DNA of 12,195 nucleotides, taken from contig SUPR01000099.1 of assembly GCA_005191425.1 (NCBI GenBank), forward strand, positions 1 to 12,195, written 5' to 3'. Below, piece by piece: positions 1-7,215 of the stretch. Under the pieces are notes generated by a model. It was not told where the DNA came from. It did no database searches and saw only the letters and a list, made by a program, of their open reading frames with translations. The DNA is from Candidatus Helarchaeota ASGARD archaeon Hel_GB_B. GTDB lineage: Archaea; Asgardarchaeota; Lokiarchaeia; Helarchaeales; HEL-GB-B. How positions within the stretch are numbered: the stretch's first letter is position 1; each line of letters starts with the position of its first letter. Both the position numbers and the translations under genes were made by a program.

Positions 1-339
1 AAAAAGATAATTAAAATCGAAGACTTGTATTAAAATGAGCATAGAATTGGTCGAGATTTTAATTTTGGACGCAAAATGTATTTGTAATATAGAGAATTTA
101 GCCCCGTCTACTATTTAAAAAACTTAATATGTTAAAAAGACTTTTTTGGGAATTAAAGACATATCTCCAGAGTCTATAATAATATAGACCGAAGATTACA
201 GGTTTAGAGCTGACAACAGAAAGTTAAGTCCACATAGTAAAAACAATTATTATTCCGCGGTCAAATGATATTTAGCAAGGTTTAATATAATAAAATATCT
301 AAGAGAAGATATGAATAAAATTAAAAAAATAGCAATTAG

Positions 340-690
340 GCCGAAAGACTGAAGGTAGACGGTTCAGTGCTGGAATACATCCTGTAATTTATGCCCGGTA
401 CAATTTTTGAGCTGGTGTTTTTATTAATAAGAGTGCACGGCATAATGACGCATTAATTACTTTAGATCAAGGGGAAAGATGTTTCTAAGTCAGAGGAAGG
501 TTATGTAGTCGTGTCATTGCAGCCAGAAAACCTAGAAGTCCCTTCAGGGAGGAACAAAACTGGCCCGAGGACTATAATATTTGTTTGAAATGCAGCTCGA
601 ATTCTAGAATTAGCCAGAGAGATAGGTGCGGGTTCAGCCCCAGAGAACAGGCTCTTTCCATGGCGTCATGGAGTACTGTCCGTTATATTT
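340..690 (+). ncRNA. Candidate structured non-coding RNA (~330-350 nt), family unassigned
   Basis: No ORF in the track. Hand-counted GC is 149/340 (~44%) over 341-680, against ~10% at 281-330 and ~16% at 731-780. Nested helices: 358-362/680-684, 365-371/672-678, 381-385/647-651, 407-414/593-600, 504-510/570-576, 522-526/560-564, plus hairpins 540-549 and 630-640. G-U pairs favour the + strand. Ends are approximate. Confidence 0.65.
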
Positions 691-764
691 TGTAAAATGA
701 AAAAAGGTGGTATCCATACATTAATAGTCAGCAATAGTATTTGCTAAAAATCAATAAATTTTAT

Positions 765-2192
765 TTATTTTAATTTACGTAAAAATTTACTATATTTTAA
801 TAAATTAGAGAGGGCGAGTGCTGCATTTTGTTCCGAGTTATGAAGTGAAATGCCGTTATTATATAATTTTCTAACATAATTAGGGGCTTTTTTAGGTGAG
901 ATAGGTTGAAAATAGTCTTTGACGCTATAATCTTTGAATGAAGCTGAAATATCGAAAGTTGTTACCAATGCGATAGGTTTTTTGATTTTATTTTGGACTT
1001 TAATAAAATTTTTGATTTGGATTTTCTTTAGTACGGAGATATAAATTAGCACCATATCCACGTTTTTATCAGCTCCTGCAATTTCGCATGCCAGGTATTC
1101 CAGTTCTGGTTGAAAAGCGATATTTAGTCCAAGGTCTACTGGATTATTAACGCCTGTTCCGAATTCTGGTAATATTTCTTTTAATTTAATTTTAGTTTCA
1201 TTAGATAATTTAGCAAGTTCGAGTCCTGCTAATTCGCAAGCGTCTGCAGAGGACACTGCTGGTCCGCCGGGTCCTGAAATTACAACAACTTTATTACCTT
1301 TTGGTAGGACTGGATTTTGAAACATTCCAAAATGTTCAATTAGTTGGTTTATGTTATGGACTTTAATCATACCAGTTTGTTGGAAAATATGTTCCCATAA
1401 TAAGGAATTACCTGCTAAGGAGCCAGTATGTGAGTTTGCGGCTTTTTTGCCTGCATTAGTAAGTCCGACTTTCCACATAATTATTGGTTTTTTTCTTGAT
1501 ATTTCTTTAGTTAATTTTATAAATTCTTTACCATTTTCAATTCCTTCTAAATAACATCCAATTACCTTGGTATTTTCATCATTTGCGAAATATTCCAGGA
1601 AATCATTAAAATTCAAGTCAGCGCAATTACCTATACTAATTACTTTTGAAAAATAAATTCCTCTCAGCATAGAAGACATAATTACAAGTGTAGAAAGCGA
1701 CCCACTTTGACTGACAAATGCAATATTTCCTTTTTCAAGTGGTAATGATGGGAAGAATGAGAGTCTGGACTCAGGGCAATAGATCCCCATACAATTTGGC
1801 CCTATTATTCTTATTCCGCCATTTCTGGCGATTTGGACTATTTCATTTTCGAAGTTTCTACCTTTTTCACCAATTTCGCGAAAACCCGATGTAAATAGAA
1901 TTACACCTTTAACTTTTTTTTCGATACAATCATAAAGGATTTTTTTAACATGTCGAGGGTGGACTGCAATGATTACGAGGTCTATGTCTCCTTCAACTTG
2001 TTTAATATTTGGATATGCCTTTAAGCCAAGTATTTCATCTACTTTAGGGTGAATTGGATATATATTTGGAAAACCTAATTCAATTAGGCCCATTATTAAC
2101 AAATTTCCAAGTCCACCTTTAGGGCTTGCTCCATAGAGTGCAACTCCTTTCGGGTGGAAAATTTCTTCAATATCATCTCTTTTTTTAATCAT
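765..2192 (-). CDS. NDP-forming acyl-CoA synthetase, alpha-type subunit (CoA-binding plus ligase domains; no ATP-grasp beta domain)
   Basis: 475 aa. N-terminal CoA-binding Rossmann fold (VALYGAS..., IYPIHPK), RIIGPNCMG, FVSQSG, phospho-His motif SHTGSLAG and NNPVDL. Confidence 0.92.
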   Translation of the reverse strand: MIKKRDDIEEIFHPKGVALYGASPKGGLGNLLIMGLIELGFPNIYPIHPKVDEILGLKAYPNIKQVEGDIDLVIIAVHPRHVKKILYDCIEKKVKGVILFTSGFREIGEKGRNFENEIVQIARNGGIRIIGPNCMGIYCPESRLSFFPSLPLEKGNIAFVSQSGSLSTLVIMSSMLRGIYFSKVISIGNCADLNFNDFLEYFANDENTKVIGCYLEGIENGKEFIKLTKEISRKKPIIMWKVGLTNAGKKAANSHTGSLAGNSLLWEHIFQQTGMIKVHNINQLIEHFGMFQNPVLPKGNKVVVISGPGGPAVSSADACELAGLELAKLSNETKIKLKEILPEFGTGVNNPVDLGLNIAFQPELEYLACEIAGADKNVDMVLIYISVLKKIQIKNFIKVQNKIKKPIALVTTFDISASFKDYSVKDYFQPISPKKAPNYVRKLYNNGISLHNSEQNAALALSNLLKYSKFLRKLK

Positions 2193-2335
2193 ATTATATC
2201 ATCCATATTATTCATCATATATTTAGAATTCAATTTTAGAATTTATGATTGCGTCATATATAACGATTTATTCCAGACATTTCTAAATTTAATTTCGTAT
2301 ATAATAAACTGGATATTTTATTAACAAACAAATTT

Positions 2336-2767
2336 TTAACATGGTACCAAAATTTTCTGGAAAATTAATATTTTTCTAGAGGTACGGTTATTGAAAAAAC
2401 AATTTACTTGTTTATAACCCGACTTTTTAAAGCAATTAATTCCTGCGTTATCTAAATATTTAATAGTAGCTTGTAAAACTCTAACTTTTTGAGTTAAGGC
2501 GCGTTTTTCAGCCATATTTAACAATTTTGTTCCGTATCCATTTTTTCTAAATTGTGGATGAACTGATAGATGTTTAATTATTCCCAGGTACCAATCCAAT
2601 TTTAATAATTTAACAACTCCTATTAATTTTTCGTTATTATTTAAAATATAAATATAATTAATTGCATCTTTTAAAATATCTTTAGGCGTTAAAATAATAT
2701 CTAATTTATTATAATTATTTAAAAATTCTGCAATTTGACTGGCAATTTCTAAATTCATTAAAATCAC
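2336..2767 (-). CDS. GNAT-family N-acetyltransferase
   Basis: 143 aa. Acetyl-CoA-binding motif A LSVHPQFRKNGYGTKLL and C-terminal N.A..CFKKSGY. The listed start is GTG; the in-frame ATG at 2758 is an alternative. Confidence 0.88.
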   Translation of the reverse strand: MILMNLEIASQIAEFLNNYNKLDIILTPKDILKDAINYIYILNNNEKLIGVVKLLKLDWYLGIIKHLSVHPQFRKNGYGTKLLNMAEKRALTQKVRVLQATIKYLDNAGINCFKKSGYKQVNCFFNNRTSRKILIFQKILVPC

Positions 2768-3112
2768 TTGGATTAATTAAAGTAATATTAATTGAAAATA
2801 ATAAATTTCTTTTTACAGACGTAGAGGTGGTCTTAAATTTTTATGATTATATCGTAGAAGATAATAAAAGTTTACAGAGTATTTTATTATACATTAAAAA
2901 TTATTAAACTTTTAAAAAGAATAGCGGTGTTTTTCGTGGGACAAAAAATATATTTTTGTGAATTTTTGGAGTGAAAAACCAATCAAAATTAAGAATTGTT
3001 AATTTATTCTTCAAAATAAAGCCTATTTTAAAAGAGGAAAATTTTTATTTTATTCATAGTAAAAATGAATCAAATTTTAATTGGAATATGAAAATAATTA
3101 ATGGTCTAAGTT

Positions 3113-3703
3113 ATGATAGTAAAAAAATTTATCGAAAACGACTTAAAATATAGATTGATAGGTATAACTGCAATTTCTATTCAAAAAGTCATCAATATTC
3201 AAGATATTTTTAATAGAATTAAACAAATTTCAAATGAAAGTGAATGTGAAATTCAATTATTAAATGCAAATATAGTTGCTACGTGGGAGCATATTTTTTT
3301 CGCAGCAATTAATGCATTAAATTCGTTTAAAAATGGAAATAATTTAGCAAACAATTTATCTCTTGAAATTCTACTTTACATTGCTGGGACGAGACAGATA
3401 AAAGTTGCGTTGAAAAAGGTAGGTATTAATAATTTAATAAGAGAAATTGCCATTGTGATATTTTCAAATGATGAACAAATGATTTATAATGTTTTTGAAG
3501 AAATTAAGCGTCTTTTATCTGGGGTTGAAGATATTAAACTCCTTGAGATCAACGAAAAAAAGTTTATCAATTTGATTAATTTATTTAACATAAATTATAG
3601 TGAAATATCAAATTTGATACCTGAAGAGTCTGAAGAAGCAAAATTTCAGGTTATACCAAAAATTATTATTGATCGGGGCTCTATGATAGCATTAGAAAAA
3701 TAA
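3113..3703 (+). CDS. cgi121: KEOPS complex subunit Cgi121
   Basis: 196 aa. IQLLNANIVATWEHIFFAAINAL...NNLSLEILLYIAGTRQIKVALKKVGI matches the Cgi121/TPRKB signature (EILLY.aG.RQI..A....G). Confidence 0.92.
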   Translation: MIVKKFIENDLKYRLIGITAISIQKVINIQDIFNRIKQISNESECEIQLLNANIVATWEHIFFAAINALNSFKNGNNLANNLSLEILLYIAGTRQIKVALKKVGINNLIREIAIVIFSNDEQMIYNVFEEIKRLLSGVEDIKLLEINEKKFINLINLFNINYSEISNLIPEESEEAKFQVIPKIIIDRGSMIALEK

Positions 3704-3708
3704 AGCAA

Positions 3709-4275
3709 TTAGAAAAATTCATTATTAGTAATATCCATTCCTGCATTTCTTCTTAAAATTGGTATTGATAAAATATCATCCGGTCTAATAATAGATATTC
3801 CTGTTTTATCGCTAATAATTTCGATTAAAATAATTTTATCAGGATTATTTAGGTCAACCTTATTTGAAATTAGATCTGCTACTTCTTTAATTAATTTATC
3901 TTTGTTTAGATTTGTATATCTTTTTTCAATTGTTATTCTAAATTTTTCATTGTCCTTGATTTTGTATTTTAAATTGTCAACTGCCTTTTTAATATTTTCA
4001 ATTGATGACTTGACCATAATTTCTAATGGAATGAATTTTTGAGTGAATTGAACATAAATTAAATCTTTTTTAAATAGATCTCTTAATTTTCTAACAGTTG
4101 AAATTGGTTCTAAATTAGTTTTACCTGCTAATAGACTGGGTATATTTAAAGGAGCAACTTCAGCGTTTTCGTCCCCAATTTCAGCTAAATAATAGATTGC
4201 TTCAGCGACTGCATCTCGTTCATGGTTTCTAGGGCAAGAAATTAATAAATTATATTCTTTAATTATGACCACCAT
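3709..4275 (-). CDS. Stand-alone THUMP-domain RNA-binding protein (archaeal Tan1/THUMPD1-like)
   Basis: 188 aa. N-terminal NLLISC..N.E segment and THUMP core FRITIEKR...LIKEVA...KVDLNNPDKIILIEI. Overlaps the tsaC 3' end by 17 nt. Confidence 0.88.
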   Translation of the reverse strand: MVVIIKEYNLLISCPRNHERDAVAEAIYYLAEIGDENAEVAPLNIPSLLAGKTNLEPISTVRKLRDLFKKDLIYVQFTQKFIPLEIMVKSSIENIKKAVDNLKYKIKDNEKFRITIEKRYTNLNKDKLIKEVADLISNKVDLNNPDKIILIEIISDKTGISIIRPDDILSIPILRRNAGMDITNNEFF

Positions 4276-4927
4276 TTTTATTTAAATTTGAGTTAATTTC
4301 GATAATATTTTTAATGGATTCAAATGAAATTGGCCCTTCTCTAATTAATATTGGTGGCTTTTTAGTTAAATCTAGAATAGTAGACGGGACTTTTTTTTCG
4401 GAAACTCCACTGTCAATATAGTAATCAATTTTATTTTTAAATTGATCAATTGCCTCATTTATTGTAATTGGTTCTTTTTCACCAGAAATGTTCGCAGATG
4501 AACCAATTATACCACCACATTTAAGTTCATTAGATATTAAATTTGCAATTAGATTGTTCGGCTGTCGAACTGCAATAGTATTTTTTCCCCCCGTTAAAAT
4601 TTTGGGTATTTTTTCTACTTTATTTAAAATTAAAGTCAATTGTCCCGGCCAAAATTTTCTAATAAGAATTTTTGCAGTTTCATCAATTAATGCAAAATTA
4701 TTTAGTCTATTAAAGTTGCTAACTAAAACAGGTAATCCCTTTTCTTTTTTTCTATTTTTAATTTCATAGATTTTATTTATAGATTCAATATTATAGGGGT
4801 CACATCCAATCCCATAAACAGTGTCAGTAGGGAATACAATTATTTTGCCAGATCTTAAAATTTTCCCTATTCTCTTAATTTCCGTTAAATTCGGATTTTG
4901 GGGATTTAATTTAATAATTTTGTACAA
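4259..4927 (-). CDS. tsaC: L-threonylcarbamoyladenylate synthase, single-domain TsaC/YrdC type
   Basis: 222 aa. PTDTVYGIG, K.R....LPV, FWPGQLTLIL, AVRQP, SSANISG and PSTILD motifs. TTG start with AGGAG about 12 nt upstream. Confidence 0.93.
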   Translation of the reverse strand: MYKIIKLNPQNPNLTEIKRIGKILRSGKIIVFPTDTVYGIGCDPYNIESINKIYEIKNRKKEKGLPVLVSNFNRLNNFALIDETAKILIRKFWPGQLTLILNKVEKIPKILTGGKNTIAVRQPNNLIANLISNELKCGGIIGSSANISGEKEPITINEAIDQFKNKIDYYIDSGVSEKKVPSTILDLTKKPPILIREGPISFESIKNIIEINSNLNKNGGHN

Positions 4928-5106
4928 GTTTCAATTCTTCTCCTAATTGTAAATATTTATTTTATTTTTAAAAAACATCTATCATTTTGTTAATAATCAA
5001 ATTAAATCAATTTAAATCATTTAATAGATTATTCAAAAATTTTAGGGAATAATTTAAATTGAAATTATCTCTTAAATAAGACGAAAAATTTTTAGGTCTT
5101 ATATTA

Positions 5107-5850
5107 ATGACTGTTGTAATAATTTTAGCTGCAGGTATTGGTTCAAGAATTAGGCAGAGCACTAATAAAGACATTCCAAAAAGTTTGATCTCCGTTTCTA
5201 ATATTTCGATGTTGGGTAGATTATTGGACATATTAATAAATGTAGATATTGATAGAATATATATCATTGTTGGACATCTTGGAGACCAAATAATCAATTT
5301 CGTAAATAGACATGAAAAATATCAATCAAATTGTGTTGTTATTAAATCTAGGAATTATTTAAAGGGTCCTATTTTCACTTTTCATGATTTAGACATAGAT
5401 AAAAAAATGGTAGAAAACTATTTACTTTGTCCTGCAGACTTAATTATTAAGCCAGCGGCTATTAGGAAATTTTTAGAAGTATTTCGTGAGAATAATCCAG
5501 AGTTATTAATAGCAATTGACCGTAGTAAAGAACTAAAAGGAGTAACTGCGAAAATTAAAAATGTTAATAAGTCATATGGTATTGTAAAGGATTATAATTT
5601 TACGAATAAAAAGGGAAATGATGATAGAAAATTAATACCAATTATTATTTTCAATAATAAATTTTTGAAATATGTCGATTTAGCTATAAATTCTGGTTTT
5701 ACTAAAATTATTGATGCGATGAGATTATACCTTGAGGATGGTAATCAAACAAATTATATTGATTTGACAGGAAATTATTGGTTTGATATTGACGATATTA
5801 AAATTCTTAATCAAGCTAGAAAGTTTTTCAATGATAGGGAGAAAAAATAG
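5107..5850 (+). CDS. NTP transferase (sugar/polyol-phosphate cytidylyltransferase-like, IPCT/LicC-type)
   Basis: 247 aa. ILAAGIGSR...IPKSL nucleotidyltransferase signature, IIVGHL, and C-terminal WFDIDD. Lies directly upstream of a CDP-alcohol phosphotransferase. Confidence 0.85.
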   Translation: MTVVIILAAGIGSRIRQSTNKDIPKSLISVSNISMLGRLLDILINVDIDRIYIIVGHLGDQIINFVNRHEKYQSNCVVIKSRNYLKGPIFTFHDLDIDKKMVENYLLCPADLIIKPAAIRKFLEVFRENNPELLIAIDRSKELKGVTAKIKNVNKSYGIVKDYNFTNKKGNDDRKLIPIIIFNNKFLKYVDLAINSGFTKIIDAMRLYLEDGNQTNYIDLTGNYWFDIDDIKILNQARKFFNDREKK

Positions 5851-5965
5851 CGTAAAATGGTGATAAAAAATAAATAATGGTTCAAAATATAGAGTAAGGA
5901 AAATATTCAAGCCATTAGTTATACAATTTGCCAAAGTATTTCTTAAATTTAAGGTTTCACCGAAT

Positions 5966-6517
5966 ATGATAAGTTTTATTGGATTTTTAGTCAGTTTAAT
6001 AGCTTCGATTTTATTTTTTTTAATTAATATTTGGTATTTTCCTATAATTTTTGGCTCTTTAGTCTTTATAGCGGGACTTCTTGATGGTGTAGATGGTGTA
6101 GTTGCGAGAAAAACACATAAAGTTACAAGATTTGGTGGTTTTTTTGATTCAGTGTTGGACCGTTTTTCGGATTCATTTTTATGTTTAAGTTTTATGAAAT
6201 ATTTTTATTTAGATATACAATTATTATTTATTCCAGTTTATATTTGGGTTTTTTTAGCGATATTAGGGTCATTTTTAGTGAGTTATTCTCGAAGTTTGGC
6301 AGAAACTTGTTTAGGAGATTATAATTGTGATATTGGCTTGGGTGCGAGATCTGAAAGGTTGTTTATTTTAGTAGTTACTAGTTGGTTTTTAATTCCTTAT
6401 ATTGGTTTGATAATTTTGACATTTGTTTCGTTTGGGACAGCAATTTATCGTCAATATGTATATTATAAACAAATGGAGAAATTAGAAAATAAACAGGTAA
6501 ATGGAAGTTCGGGATAA
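5966..6517 (+). CDS. CDP-alcohol phosphatidyltransferase family (AIP/PIP-synthase- or DIPP-synthase-like); true N-terminus probably extends upstream
   Basis: Complete CDP-AP motif DGVDGVVAR-x8-G-x3-DSVLD, plus GSFLVSYSR..AE and RSERL. The frame stays open back to 5867 and encodes ...KVSPN directly before Met (family TPNxIS motif). Confidence 0.9.
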   Translation: MISFIGFLVSLIASILFFLINIWYFPIIFGSLVFIAGLLDGVDGVVARKTHKVTRFGGFFDSVLDRFSDSFLCLSFMKYFYLDIQLLFIPVYIWVFLAILGSFLVSYSRSLAETCLGDYNCDIGLGARSERLFILVVTSWFLIPYIGLIILTFVSFGTAIYRQYVYYKQMEKLENKQVNGSSG

Positions 6518-6519
6518 GT

Positions 6520-7215
6520 ATGAATGTAAATTTGACATTGGGGTGTAAAACAGCAGACAATTATAAAATTAAAGATTATTTAGTTGTTTTAATTGATGTA
6601 TTAAGGGCGAGTTCTACAATTACTGCAGCTTTTGAAAAAGGGGTTAAAAGAATTTATTCTGTAAAAGAAAAAAAAGAGGTATTAAAATTAAAGTCAAAAA
6701 ATAAAAATCTAATTTTAGTTGGAGAACGACATGGTATTAAAATTAAGGATTTTGATTTTGGTAATTCACCGGTAGAAATTTATAATCTGGATCTAAAAGA
6801 TAAAGAAATAGTTTTTAGTAGTTCAAATTTCTCAAGAGTTTTGGAATATTATAAGGATTCGCCCATAATAATTGTGGGCTGCATTTTAAATGCCAAAGCT
6901 GTAGCAAACTATATTAAATTAATTAACGCAAAAAATAATATTAAAGTTTTATTAGTTCAAGTAGGTACTGCTGAAATTTTTTCAGAAGAAGATCATTTGG
7001 GCAGTAAAATAATTTTACAATATCTTAGATCCAGAAAAATAAATTTATCTCAAAAAGAAATTACTTATAAACTCATCAATTCAAGAAATGGAAAATATCT
7101 TTCGTCTATAGGATATAAAAAAGATGTTGAGTTTTGTTCTATTTTAGACAAATTTCAAGTAGTTCCCATAAAAATTCGAGAAAATTATTTTAGGATTACT
7201 CATCAATCCAAATAA
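6520..7215 (+). CDS. comB: 2-phosphosulfolactate phosphatase (ComB) family phosphatase
   Basis: 231 aa. VLIDVLRASSTI, GER.G.KI..FDFGNSP, EED and GY.KDV.FC...D motifs. The usual TTNGT motif appears as SSNFS. Family call only; the substrate is uncertain. Confidence 0.85.
   Translation: MNVNLTLGCKTADNYKIKDYLVVLIDVLRASSTITAAFEKGVKRIYSVKEKKEVLKLKSKNKNLILVGERHGIKIKDFDFGNSPVEIYNLDLKDKEIVFSSSNFSRVLEYYKDSPIIIVGCILNAKAVANYIKLINAKNNIKVLLVQVGTAEIFSEEDHLGSKIILQYLRSRKINLSQKEITYKLINSRNGKYLSSIGYKKDVEFCSILDKFQVVPIKIRENYFRITHQSK

Noticed and set aside
1-118. Short ORFs at the window edge (35..118 +; partial 42..1 -)
   Set aside because: Too short, with no recognisable motifs.
311-352. 13-codon mini-ORF MNKIKKIAIRPKD as a leader peptide or selenoprotein start
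   Set aside because: It is very short, and UGA readthrough meets UAG two codons later.
493-535. Cobalamin riboswitch (GAGGAAGG ... AGCCAGAAAACCU resembles the B12 box)
   Set aside because: The upstream GGGAA/P4/CCCGCAACUGU core was not found, and there is no downstream + strand gene to regulate.
340-690. Firm call as SRP RNA or RNase P RNA
   Set aside because: The SRP helix-8 motif is missing. The RNase P CR-I to CR-V look-alikes are spaced wrongly and no canonical P4 forms. It is kept as an unassigned candidate.
700-715. T-box-like AAAAGGTGGTATCC
   Set aside because: No antiterminator/terminator pairing or stem I was found, there is no downstream co-directional gene, and T-boxes are bacterial.
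500-730. Group I intron P7 elements (GACTA 570-574; TAGTC 506-510 and 725-729)
   Set aside because: The P/Q/R/S order and flanking consensus do not fit, and there is no interrupted host gene.
1351-1554. 67-aa + strand ORF
   Set aside because: Antisense shadow of the acyl-CoA synthetase gene.
2971-3153. 60-aa + strand ORF
   Set aside because: AT-rich with no motif, GTG start, and overlaps the cgi121 start out of frame.
4488-4769. 93-aa + strand ORF
   Set aside because: Antisense shadow of tsaC.
5007-5297. 96-aa - strand ORF
   Set aside because: Mostly antisense to the NTP transferase, with no motif.
5725-5934. 69-aa - strand ORF
   Set aside because: Antisense to the operon junction, with no motif.
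6378-6560. 60-aa - strand ORF
   Set aside because: Antisense to the phosphotransferase/ComB junction.
7196-7215. 20-nt convergent overlap of comB and the wHTH-CARF gene as antisense regulation
   Set aside because: Short tail-to-tail overlaps are common in compact archaeal genomes.
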